Below are positions 50,111-59,380 of a stretch of 64,000 nt of DNA, in pieces (the stretch's first letter is position 1; every line of letters begins with the position of its first letter). Location: positions 1,568,001-1,632,000 of the forward strand of contig CP170459.1 in the NCBI GenBank assembly GCA_047947115.1. Direction: 5' to 3'. The notes beneath the pieces were generated by a model, which made no database searches, was not told the origin of the DNA, and worked only from the letters and a program-made list of their open reading frames with translations. This stretch comes from Verrucomicrobiota bacterium (lineage in GTDB: Bacteria; Verrucomicrobiota; Verrucomicrobiia; Limisphaerales; AAA164-E04). The position numbers were made by a program, and so were the translations under genes.

Positions 50111-52186
50111 ATGAAACGTTTCTTCTTATTAAGCCTCATGTTGGCACTCAGTTTGTCTGTGCAGGGGCAGGCTTTTTTCACCTGGACGGCCGCTGATGGT
50201 GACTTTTACACGGGTTCCAATTGGGATCAAAATCGCATTCCGGGTGTGAACGATGTCGTCATCATCAACAACGGAGGAACAGCCACGATCGCCGCCAACG
50301 CAGGCAATCGGGAGTTGAGTAGCTTCGAACTGGGTGAGTTGGAGGACAGCGATGACTCGGGTCATATCATCATGAACGGTGGATTCTTCCGCATAGGTGA
50401 AAGTCCTGGCGACTCCAAGATCCACATCGGTGAAGGAAACATCCAGTCCACATTCGTCATGAATGGCGGAACCATCTTATTTGATGGTCCCGATGACCCA
50501 ACTCTTGCGGGGTCACGCAGCAGCGCCGGTGTGAACGAAAACGACTGGGAAGTCGGTGAGCATGGTGTCGGACGCTTTGAAATGCACGGTGATTCGGTTT
50601 TCCGTGCAGGCGATGACTTGAAAATCTCCGAAAATGCCGCGGGCACGGGTTCTGTATTGATTGATGGAAACGCCAGGCTTTCTGTGGGGAGTGGTATCGC
50701 CGTGTCCAGCGGCGGCACAAGCGTTCAGGAACTGATCATCGGTGGTAACGCTGTTGTTGATTCCGGAAACAGCATGGGCGCAGGTAGTCCGGATGGTCAT
50801 ACCGATGAAGGATACCTGACACTTGCCATCGGCGGAGGTAACGCCAAAGTGGTTGTGCAGGACAGCGGAACGTTGAACTTTCGGGTGCTGTCCTCCCGTC
50901 AAGGTGTCACAGAATTCACGGTCAAAGACAACGGACAAGTCCACATCTTTGACGTGATGGCCGGTGCCGGTGGCAGCGCGGAAGAACGTCCCGTTCAGGA
51001 AGGCGGTTTCCGCAGTTCGCTCTCCTCGGGTCCGGAAACCGAAAGCACTCTGTTGCTTCAAGACAATGCTGTCATGACCGTGAACGCCGAAAACGGCATT
51101 GGCATTAGCGGTCCTCGTGGAGCTGCCGACGCGGGAGGTCAGGCGATTATGATCGTGCGTGACTCTGCCTCCTTCCGGGTGGAACAGTATTTTGCACTGG
51201 GAACAGGCACCCAGTCGGAAACCTCTGACGGCACCTTGGAACTCCGTGGCCCTGATGCCTCCGTTTACATCGGAGAAAACTTCAACATGGCCGTGGACCC
51301 CGAGGGTGTCATTCCGACCACCGACGCCGCCAATGAGGACGGAACTCCGGTTCCTGCCAAATCCACGCTCAGCGCTGTGATTACCAGCTCCGCCCATGGG
51401 ACAGTGGAAGTCGGCGGCATCGCCCGCATCGCACAAGGTATATTGAAAGTCAGCCTGGACGGTTATACTCCAAGAGGCGGCGAGACTTACACGCTGATTC
51501 AAGGTGGCACCGTTGAGGGCGAATTCCGTGAGCTGGATTTTTCAGGCGCTGAACTTGCCGAAGGGCTTTCCTGGGAAGTGCAATATGCAGCCGATAAAGT
51601 CACTTTGCTTGTGGATGGGCAGTCCTCCGTGGGCGGCACGACTACTTTGTCGATCGATGCAGACGGAGATCAGTTGACCCTTTCATGGGAAGATGGCGGA
51701 ACCCTTCATGGAGCATCCTCCATTAAAGGCCCATGGACTGCCATTGATGGCGCTACCAGCCCACATTCTATTACCACCGGCAATGCCTCAGGTTTCTATC
51801 GAGTGGGGCAGGGTGGCCAGACAGTGTCCGTTGTCTTGAGCGGCGCACAGGAAGTTCCAGCTGTAGCATCTGGTGGCACAGGCTCGGGAACACTCACAGT
51901 GAATGGAACCACACTGAGTATCCATATCAAATACTCGGGATTGGGATCGAACTTTGCGGCGGCACACATCCATGGCCCTGCTGAACGGGGAGCCAACGCC
52001 GGAGTGCTCGTTCCTTTGAGCACCCCTGAATTGCACACCGCAGACGGAAACACAGCCGGAACATTTTCAGGAACTGTGGAGATATCCGCCGAAACAGCAG
52101 CCGCCATTTTGGAAGGCCGCGCGTATCTGAACATTCACACCTCAGGGAATGGCACCGGTGAAATACGTGGCCAAACGATGCCTTGA
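50111..52186 (+). CDS. Secreted beta-helix-like repeat protein with C-terminal CHRD domain
   Basis: Signal peptide; Gly-rich beta-strand repeats; C-terminal LSGAQEVP...AAHIHGPA...YLNIHT...GEIRGQ (CHRD). Confidence 0.75.
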   Translation: MKRFFLLSLMLALSLSVQGQAFFTWTAADGDFYTGSNWDQNRIPGVNDVVIINNGGTATIAANAGNRELSSFELGELEDSDDSGHIIMNGGFFRIGESPGDSKIHIGEGNIQSTFVMNGGTILFDGPDDPTLAGSRSSAGVNENDWEVGEHGVGRFEMHGDSVFRAGDDLKISENAAGTGSVLIDGNARLSVGSGIAVSSGGTSVQELIIGGNAVVDSGNSMGAGSPDGHTDEGYLTLAIGGGNAKVVVQDSGTLNFRVLSSRQGVTEFTVKDNGQVHIFDVMAGAGGSAEERPVQEGGFRSSLSSGPETESTLLLQDNAVMTVNAENGIGISGPRGAADAGGQAIMIVRDSASFRVEQYFALGTGTQSETSDGTLELRGPDASVYIGENFNMAVDPEGVIPTTDAANEDGTPVPAKSTLSAVITSSAHGTVEVGGIARIAQGILKVSLDGYTPRGGETYTLIQGGTVEGEFRELDFSGAELAEGLSWEVQYAADKVTLLVDGQSSVGGTTTLSIDADGDQLTLSWEDGGTLHGASSIKGPWTAIDGATSPHSITTGNASGFYRVGQGGQTVSVVLSGAQEVPAVASGGTGSGTLTVNGTTLSIHIKYSGLGSNFAAAHIHGPAERGANAGVLVPLSTPELHTADGNTAGTFSGTVEISAETAAAILEGRAYLNIHTSGNGTGEIRGQTMP

Positions 52187-52211
52187 GCAAACGATTCCAA
52201 TAACGATGACC

Positions 52212-52245
52212 AAAGCGCTTCACCTTCACTGGTGAAGCGCTTTTT
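52212..52245. terminator. Rho-independent terminator
   Basis: AAAGCGCTTCACC-TTCACT-GGTGAAGCGCTTTTT. Confidence 0.85.
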
Positions 52246-52685
52246 CATTTTAGATCACGAGGGTTTATAAGATGTTGAAGTTTTTCTTTCATTTTTACTA
52301 TGGAGAGGGATTCCGCCCATTGATTGAGTGGATAGGATTGTGAGCCGGGATGGACGATAAACACATGTTTTAATTTCAAGTCCTCCTTGGCCCCGTTTAG
52401 TGACTTTGTCACGCTGGGGGGCGTCGGTGTATTTGAATTCCAGCCCGTAGCGATTTCCGTTGATGAAGAGCATCAGGTCCAGTTTCGCGCCGTCATGGGG
52501 TCTTCGAGGCGTCTGAAGTCGGCTGGTGATTCCAGGTCAAAGTATTCTGCGTTGCGTCCTTTGACGAATTGCCAGGCAAGTGTTGTCTTGCCACACTGAC
52601 ATGGGCCAAGAAGCAGCAACACCGGATTCGTCCGAAAACGGGATTGAATTCGATCCGACAGTTCGGGACGATCGATTAGCTTCAT
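52245..52685 (-). pseudogene. Internally deleted, frameshifted AAA_14/DUF4143-type ATP-binding protein remnant
   Basis: N-terminus MKLIDR...LLGPCQCGKTTLA...YFDLESP..RRLEDP joined out of frame to C-terminal GAKLDLMLFINGNRYGLEFKYTDAP; a second frameshift at the G6 run 52416-52421. Confidence 0.75.
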
Positions 52686-52791
52686 TCTTGCAAACAGAAC
52701 AAGCAATGTTCCATTTGCAAGGAATAATCGTTAGCTCTATTTGGGAGATTAAAGCAGATTGTTATTGTAATAGGCACATAATAAATGTGTT

Positions 52792-53601
52792 TTAGATAGA
52801 GCAAAGCTCTTTCATCCGCTCCAACCCAACTTTGATGACTTCCTTGGGATCTTTTGCCCAAAGGTCCTGGTTGAAGAGTTCGAGGCTCATGGCTCCCTGG
52901 TAGCCTTTTTCCCGGAGGATTTGGATTTCGGCTTTGAGGTCGATGACGCCGTCGCCGATCATGACGCGGTCCGGATCGGTCTGGGTGAGGGAGGGTTTGT
53001 CGGGATGGGCATCGTCGATGTGGTAGTGGCTGATTTTTTCCACCGGGATCGCTCTAAGTTCATCCATGGTGGAACCGCTGTTCCAGTTGTGAAAAGCATC
53101 AAGAATCAGGGTCGCATCCGGATGGTTTGTCTTTTGGACGATGTCCCAAGCTTGGGAGAGTTTGTGAATGGATTTGAAAAAGCTGATGTATTCGAAGGTT
53201 GGTTTGATGCCTGTTTGGCGTCCAATTTCAAGTAGGTCGGCATATCTTTCGGGCAACCTGGAAACGTCGCAAGGTTCGATGGGGGGGGTGGCCACGATGT
53301 AGGGGGCTCCGATGCGGGCGCCGAGTTCGAAGCGGCGTTTGGCTTCGTCGAGCACGAGTTTGTATTCCCATCCCTCCATTTCGCCCCATTGACGAATGGC
53401 TATGCAACTGGGGACAATAAGACCGTAATCTTTCAAGGCTTTTTCGACATCGGAAATCTCACCGCCCTGGCCAACGTGTTCGTAGAGATCATTGATCCAT
53501 AGTTCGACGCCATCATAGCCAACTTCACCGGCGAGTTGGATTTTCTTGAGCAAGGGTTGGGGTTTGATCGTGCTGGTGTTGAGACAAAGTTTTGGGTTCA
53601 T
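52792..53601 (-). CDS. Sugar phosphate isomerase/epimerase (AP endonuclease 2 TIM barrel)
   Basis: CLNTSTI, GYDGVELW, TFEY, LDAFH, HYHIDD, DRVMIGDG, SLELFN metal ligands. Confidence 0.85.
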   Translation of the reverse strand: MNPKLCLNTSTIKPQPLLKKIQLAGEVGYDGVELWINDLYEHVGQGGEISDVEKALKDYGLIVPSCIAIRQWGEMEGWEYKLVLDEAKRRFELGARIGAPYIVATPPIEPCDVSRLPERYADLLEIGRQTGIKPTFEYISFFKSIHKLSQAWDIVQKTNHPDATLILDAFHNWNSGSTMDELRAIPVEKISHYHIDDAHPDKPSLTQTDPDRVMIGDGVIDLKAEIQILREKGYQGAMSLELFNQDLWAKDPKEVIKVGLERMKELCSI

Positions 53602-53637
53602 GAGTTTTTGGTATTTATTTGAAAATAGGATTGCCAG

Positions 53638-53870
53638 GTAGGGTCTCCCGACAAGTCGGGACTGCGGGGCCGAGAGCGCGTTGGAAATGTGTGGAAGCCT
53701 GCTGCGAGTGCGGACACGTCGGCAGACGCGCGGCAGCGCATCCCTACCAAGCCAGGGGCTGTCGCCTCCGGTAGGGCCCCGCTGCTGCGGGGCCGAGAGC
53801 GCGTTGGAAATGTGGGGAAGTCTGCTGCGAGTGCGGACACGTCGGCGGACGCGCGGCAGCGCGTCCCTAC
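53638..53870 (-). repeat. Second tandem GTAG-REP doublet array (same family as 35698-35980, opposite orientation)
   Basis: GTAG at 53638 and 53771, CTAC ending at 53747 and 53870; 100-bp unit plus 23-bp linker whose reverse complement CGGAGGCGACAGCCCCTGGCTTG resembles CGGAGGCGTTAGCTTCTGGGTGG. Confidence 0.88.
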
Positions 53871-53928
53871 CATGCGAGAGTGTTGATCAGTGAGGATATT
53901 GATTTTTCCTAAAATCATTTCAACACGA

Positions 53929-55347
53929 TCAAAACGGCCCCAACCGTGGCGGCATGGGGTCCATGGTGAAAACGCTGGTGTCGAAGCACCATTGGAGCAG
54001 GCGCATCTTGCGGTCCTTTTCATCCGGGCGATCCCACAGGTTTTCGAATTCATCGGGATCGTTTTCCAGGTTATAAATTTCTCCCTCATTGGTCCCGTGA
54101 TATACCACGATCTTTTCTGTTTTGGAACGTAGCATGGTGCCATAGGCATGACGATGGGTCCAGGCGTTGTAGTATTCACTGAATACGAAGTCACGATGAT
54201 GGTCGGGATCTGATTCACCGCGGCAGATGCTGGTCAGGCTTTTTCCCTGGAATCCTTCGTAAACTGGAATGCCCGCCGCTTCGCAAAAAGTGGGGGCAAG
54301 ATCCAGCAGTTCGATCAGTCCGCCGCATCGAATGCCGGACTTGTACCCTTCCGGCCAATGGAGCACGAGAGGGACTCGCAGTGCTTCTTCATAAAAATGC
54401 GGTCCTTTCAGGTAAAGGCCATGGTCGCCCAGCATTTCACCATGATCGGACATGAAAATCAGCAGCGTGTTCGCCAGTTGACCGGTCGTTTCCAGAGCTT
54501 CGATGATGCGGCCGAGTTGGTCGTCGATCAAGGTCACCATGGCGTAATAAGCCGCAGTGACCTGTCGCCGGTCGTCATCGGTCATGGCTTCGAGATCAAA
54601 ATATCCTGGTTCGTTGTGGGCCCATCGGTGGTCGAGTTTTTGGTAAGTGGATTTGTTGTTCCACTCTCCTTCCTTGATCTTGGGCAAGAGCATGTCGGCC
54701 GGATTGTAGCGTTTCATGTAATCCGCCGGAGGATCGAAGGGGTGGTGCGGATCAAAACAGTTGAAGCTGAAAAACCACGGCTCGTCCTGATGGTTCTGAA
54801 TGAACTCGATGGTTTTTTCAGCGCACCAAGTTGTCTGGTGAAACTCAGCAGGGACACCCTCTTTGACGTAAGGAGTCCCCGGACCTTGATAAAGCGCATC
54901 CCAAGTTTTCCCCTTTGAGGTCAGCCACTGAGTGTAGGCGTTTTCGGGCCAATCCGGTTGGGGGTGGTGCGACCAGTCGAAGACGGTATAACCGTCATCG
55001 ATTCGCTGCTCAACACGTCCTTTGGCGCAACTGGAAAGGTGCAGTTTACCTGCCAAACCGCAGGTGTAACCGTGATCTGCGAAGATGCGGCTCAGTAAGC
55101 GTTCGTCCTTGGGGATTTGTTGTCCGTTTTGTCGGCAGCGTGTCGTGCGTGCGTAACGTCCGGTTAGGAATGAAGCACGGCTGGGCGTGCAGACCGGGCT
55201 TTGGCAGTAGGCGCGTGTAAATGCGACTCCGTCTCGAATCAATCGATCAGTGTGCGGCGTGTGGATACGGTGGTTGCCGAGTGCACGCACCGTGTCGTAA
55301 CGCTGCTGGTCGGTGCAGATCCAGAGGATATTTGGACGTTCCGCCAT
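53929..55347 (-). CDS. Formylglycine-dependent sulfatase (cytoplasmic, choline-sulfatase-like)
   Basis: RPNILWICTDQQR, CTPSRASFLTG, GKLH, DPHHPF, SDHGEMLGDH; no signal peptide. Confidence 0.92.
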   Translation of the reverse strand: MAERPNILWICTDQQRYDTVRALGNHRIHTPHTDRLIRDGVAFTRAYCQSPVCTPSRASFLTGRYARTTRCRQNGQQIPKDERLLSRIFADHGYTCGLAGKLHLSSCAKGRVEQRIDDGYTVFDWSHHPQPDWPENAYTQWLTSKGKTWDALYQGPGTPYVKEGVPAEFHQTTWCAEKTIEFIQNHQDEPWFFSFNCFDPHHPFDPPADYMKRYNPADMLLPKIKEGEWNNKSTYQKLDHRWAHNEPGYFDLEAMTDDDRRQVTAAYYAMVTLIDDQLGRIIEALETTGQLANTLLIFMSDHGEMLGDHGLYLKGPHFYEEALRVPLVLHWPEGYKSGIRCGGLIELLDLAPTFCEAAGIPVYEGFQGKSLTSICRGESDPDHHRDFVFSEYYNAWTHRHAYGTMLRSKTEKIVVYHGTNEGEIYNLENDPDEFENLWDRPDEKDRKMRLLQWCFDTSVFTMDPMPPRLGPF

Positions 55348-55362
55348 ATTGAGAGAACCGTC

Positions 55363-56343
55363 TTAAGAATTTGGGAAACTAACCATTCGAATCTCATGCG
55401 CACCGTCGGCCCGCGCGTATTCGTAATAATACCTCAGTTCGTTTTCAAGTTGCAGCGGGTGCAGGTATCGGAGTGATCCACTAGCGTGCGGTGAAGTTAG
55501 ATAAGGTCCGTCAGGTGTGATACGATGCCATTGCTTGAGGTCGAGGCTAATGGCCAGCCCGGTTTTTTCTTCATAGTTTTCCGTGTGGCTGGGGCCACCG
55601 TCGTAGAAGCCCAGATACACAGGCGGGAGTACCTGAACAGATCCCAGGCGTGCGGCGTGACAATCCCATCCGGATTCACGCGGGGCGAAAACGTCACCCA
55701 ACCATTCGAAATGGACACCGTCATCACTCACGGCCAAGGCGGACGAAGATTTGGAAAGGCCGGTGTTGTAGATGTCGGATGTTGCGTGCATTTGCTGACG
55801 TTCTTCCTCATTGACAGAAGTGTTGCCGGGGGCGTAGCTGAGGAACATATAGATTTTGCCGTCAACTTCCATTACGAAAGGGTCCTTGACGCCTTCGCAC
55901 TGGGTTTGTTCGGCGGTCAGGATCGGTATGCGTTGGTTGATGTCAAAGTTGGAAGGATGATCCGCTTCGAGTAAATCGACCCGCCAGCGTTGGTCTGCCG
56001 GATCGACGTAGCTGAGATACATGCGCCAACGTCCGTCCTTGGTTTTGAACAGGCTGGCCTTTTCGATGGAATCGGTATTGAGTTCGTCTTTGGTGGTTTT
56101 CCAGATCGTTTCGAACTGAATGCCATCCTTGCTTTGGGCGACGAAACATTTGCCGCCGCGAATGGGGCGTGGTTCACGCGCTCGGTAGTAGAGGTAGTAG
56201 GTTTGATCCGATGGATCGAACACCACGCTGCAAGCTCCCACCCAGAAACCTTCGCCTTCACCCAGCGGTTCCACGACGACTGTTCCCCGTTCGGGATCGA
56301 ACGGCTTCAGGCCTTCCCAATAATTCAACGATTGTAAGCTCAT
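55363..56343 (-). CDS. Five-bladed beta-propeller glycoside-hydrolase-like protein
   Basis: YYLYYR, SKDGIQF, GVKDP, SDDGVHF, SLDLKQW Asp-box-like repeats; true start likely ATG 56343 (MSLQSLN). Confidence 0.65.
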   Translation of the reverse strand: MSLQSLNYWEGLKPFDPERGTVVVEPLGEGEGFWVGACSVVFDPSDQTYYLYYRAREPRPIRGGKCFVAQSKDGIQFETIWKTTKDELNTDSIEKASLFKTKDGRWRMYLSYVDPADQRWRVDLLEADHPSNFDINQRIPILTAEQTQCEGVKDPFVMEVDGKIYMFLSYAPGNTSVNEEERQQMHATSDIYNTGLSKSSSALAVSDDGVHFEWLGDVFAPRESGWDCHAARLGSVQVLPPVYLGFYDGGPSHTENYEEKTGLAISLDLKQWHRITPDGPYLTSPHASGSLRYLHPLQLENELRYYYEYARADGAHEIRMVSFPNS

Positions 56344-56852
56344 AGGATGTGTCTTTTTAAGCCCAATCGACAATGATTCCAATGGAAAAAGAAGTAGGTG
56401 AATCAGGGAGGGGAGATGTGGTTCGCAGGTAGATCGGATCGATCCGTCCGTAATCGATGGTGATGCGGGGTGTGGGGTGTGGGGTGCCGTGAGGTTTTCC
56501 ATTGAACGTAGAAATGCAAGGGAGTTGAGCCACAAGGCTTGCGCACCGGTGACGACACGCAATAAATCATGTAGGTGGCGGATGGGTTCTTCCATCCGGC
56601 CGTTTTGAGCCAGTTCGATGATGATTTGAGCGCTCTTTTGGGTATTGGGATTGGTGTGCTTTATGTGCGCAAGTCGGGTTCAAAAACTAACTATACCCCC
56701 ATACGTATCCAAGAGGTGCAATAGGGTGGGTTGAGGCGTAATGGCATTCGAATATCCAAACGTTTCCCTTCCGTATCCAGAGTGGTAACGACTTACCGCA
56801 GTCCGGATTTGCGCTAGATTCAGGCTGAGGTTTCTGAACTCCAGAATGGTTT

Positions 56853-59144
56853 CTACCGTTTCTGATGTTTTTCTGCTTTGGAAAGTGCCTGCGAGAACCA
56901 GTCGTTTCCGATGGCTTGATTTTGCATTGGCCGGGGAGGTGCCGTTTCGCGTCCTTGTGGTTTTCTGTCCGAGGGACGTGAGGAGCGCGATGTGGAAACC
57001 ATTTCCGGATTGGATTTCATGGAGAGGGCGATGCGTTTGCGGGCCAGATCGACTTCGAGGACGGTGACGTTGACCTTTTGGGCGACTTTGACCACGTCAG
57101 CGGGATCTTTGACAAATTGATCCGACAAATGGCTGATGTGTACGAGTCCGTCCTGGTGCACGCCGACATCCACGAAGGCGCCAAAAGCAGTCACATTCGT
57201 GACGATGCCGGGAAGTTTCATACCGGGTTTGAGGTCTTCGGGTTTTTCGATGCCATCCTGGAATTCGACTGCTTCGAACTGGCTGCGTGGGTCGCGTCCG
57301 GGCTTGGCGAGTTCCTGCATGATGTCGGTCAACGTGGGCATGCCGACGTCTTCGGTCTGGTATTGTTCCAGTCGAATTTGCTGGCGCAGCATGGGATCTT
57401 TCATCAGGTCGTTGACCGTGCATTTCAAGTCGCCGGCCATGGCTTTAACGACGTCGTATCGTTCCGGGTGAACGGAACTGGCATCGAGCGGGTTTTTGGC
57501 GTCTCGGATGCGGAGGAATCCGGCGGATTGTTCGAATGCTTTGGGACCAAGGCGCGCTACTTTTTTCAGTTCGGCACGTGATTTAAAGGGACCGTTTTCG
57601 TCACGGTGTTTCACGATGTTTTCGGCCAACTGTGGTCCAAGACCTGAAACGTAACTCAGTAACTGCCGACTTGCGGTGTTCACTTCGACGCCTACTTTGT
57701 TCACACAACTGAGCACCACATCGTCGAGCGAATGCCTCAAAGCGTTTTGGTCGACGTCGTGTTGGTATTGGCCGACGCCGATGGATTTGGGATCGATTTT
57801 GACCAATTCCGCCAGGGGATCCATCAGGCGGCGTCCGATGGAAACCGCTCCGCGCACGGTCAAATCATAATCCGCAAATTCTTCGCGAGCGGCAGCCGAA
57901 GCGCTGTAAACCGAGGCACCGCTTTCATTAACCATGACGATGGGGATGGTTTTGGGCAGTTGGAGTTGTTTGAAAAATTGTTCTGTTTCACGGCTGGCGG
58001 TTCCGTTCCCGATTGCGATGGCCTGGAGTTTGAATTCTTTGATCAGGACCATGACCTTGCGGACAGCGTCCATGCGTTCGCGTTCCGAGGCGGTCAGGTA
58101 GATGACGTCGTGATGGAGTAGTTTGCCTTGAGCGCTCAGTGCGACGGTCTTGCATCCAGTACGATAGCCGGGGTCAATCGCGAGCACGGCCCGTTCGCCC
58201 AGAGGGGAAGCCAGCAACAGTTCGCGTAAGTTTTCGGCAAAGACGGTGATGGCTTGTTCGTCGGCCAGTTTTTTGGATTCCAACCGCATTTCGGTTTCGA
58301 TGGAGGGTCCCAGCAGGCGCTTGTAGGCATCGTTTACCGCAGTTCGAACCTGTTCGCCGGCGGGGCTGTTATTTTGGACAAAATCCCGTTCCAGACGTTG
58401 AGTGGCTTCTTCCTCTTCCGGATGGATGCGCAGGATCAGGATGCCCTCGGTTTCGCCGCGGCGCATGGCGAGCAGGCGATGGGAAGGCACTTTCGAGAGA
58501 GGTTCGGTCCAGTCGAAGTAGTCGCGGTATTTCTGACCTTCCTCCTCTTTACCGGAAAGCACGCGGCATCGGACCAGGGCTTTGGATCGGTAAAGTTGTC
58601 GGGTTTGCTCGCGGGCGGTGGCGTCTTCGGAAACCCATTCTGCGATGATGTCGCGCGCTCCGGCCAGGGCTTTATCAGTGTCGGTGATTTCTTTTTCTGG
58701 ATTGATGAATTCTTTTGCAGCTTCAAACACATCAAAGGAACCCTGATCGAACAATTTGGTGGCCAACGGTTCGAGTCCGGCTTCGCGGGCGATGGTGGCA
58801 CGGGTGCGGCGTTTGGGGCGGTAGGGGAGGTAGAGATCCTCGAGTTTGCTGAGTGTTTCGGCTTTGAGGATGGACGACCTGAGCTCGTCGGTCAGCAGGT
58901 TGCGTTCATCCAGCGATTTGAGGATGGCGTCGCGTCTTTGATCGAGTTCGACCAATTGTTGCATGCGGTCGCGGATGTTGGTGACGGCTACTTCGTCCAG
59001 CATGCCGGTGGCTTCTTTGCGATATCGGGCGATGAAGGGTACGGTGGCGCCTTCGGAAATCAGTTTGGCCGTGGCGGATACCTGGGCGACGGTCAGGTTC
59101 AGTTCCTTGCTGATGGTTTCGATATAGTTTGTTGCGTTCGTCAT
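56853..59144 (-). CDS. tex: Tex-family RNA-binding transcriptional accessory protein (YhgF)
   Basis: GATVPFIARYRKEATG, DPGYRTGCK, NESGASVYSAS, DPKSIGVGQYQHDV, C-terminal S1 domain. Confidence 0.95.
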   Translation of the reverse strand: MTNATNYIETISKELNLTVAQVSATAKLISEGATVPFIARYRKEATGMLDEVAVTNIRDRMQQLVELDQRRDAILKSLDERNLLTDELRSSILKAETLSKLEDLYLPYRPKRRTRATIAREAGLEPLATKLFDQGSFDVFEAAKEFINPEKEITDTDKALAGARDIIAEWVSEDATAREQTRQLYRSKALVRCRVLSGKEEEGQKYRDYFDWTEPLSKVPSHRLLAMRRGETEGILILRIHPEEEEATQRLERDFVQNNSPAGEQVRTAVNDAYKRLLGPSIETEMRLESKKLADEQAITVFAENLRELLLASPLGERAVLAIDPGYRTGCKTVALSAQGKLLHHDVIYLTASERERMDAVRKVMVLIKEFKLQAIAIGNGTASRETEQFFKQLQLPKTIPIVMVNESGASVYSASAAAREEFADYDLTVRGAVSIGRRLMDPLAELVKIDPKSIGVGQYQHDVDQNALRHSLDDVVLSCVNKVGVEVNTASRQLLSYVSGLGPQLAENIVKHRDENGPFKSRAELKKVARLGPKAFEQSAGFLRIRDAKNPLDASSVHPERYDVVKAMAGDLKCTVNDLMKDPMLRQQIRLEQYQTEDVGMPTLTDIMQELAKPGRDPRSQFEAVEFQDGIEKPEDLKPGMKLPGIVTNVTAFGAFVDVGVHQDGLVHISHLSDQFVKDPADVVKVAQKVNVTVLEVDLARKRIALSMKSNPEMVSTSRSSRPSDRKPQGRETAPPRPMQNQAIGNDWFSQALSKAEKHQKR

Positions 59145-59380
59145 GTGCGAAAATCCTTCTTTGGCGAGGCAGGATGTAAATGGATTGTGCGGCGGGTGAC
59201 AATCACATTTCAGGTTTTTTTAGACAGTCACCGCCGTTGCGGGATCTGCGAGATATGCAGGATGGGTCCTGGTGTGCGCTGGTATTCTGGGTTCCTTGGA
59301 TGCTGTTTGAGGTTGGGTAGACTGAGTCATCAGGAAAAACTTTGTTTCGGGAGGTGTCCTGGCGTATACCTTCGTGCCGC

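Noticed and set aside
53598..54218. 206-aa minus-strand ORF
   Set aside because: Off-frame overlap with the sulfatase 3' end plus read-through of the REP array; no protein-like features
56700..56790. Short TATCCA repeats in the intergenic region
   Set aside because: Too short and irregular to support an array or operator
58769..58782. tRNA T-arm-like GGTTCGAGTCC
   Set aside because: Lies within tex coding sequence and no cloverleaf can be built
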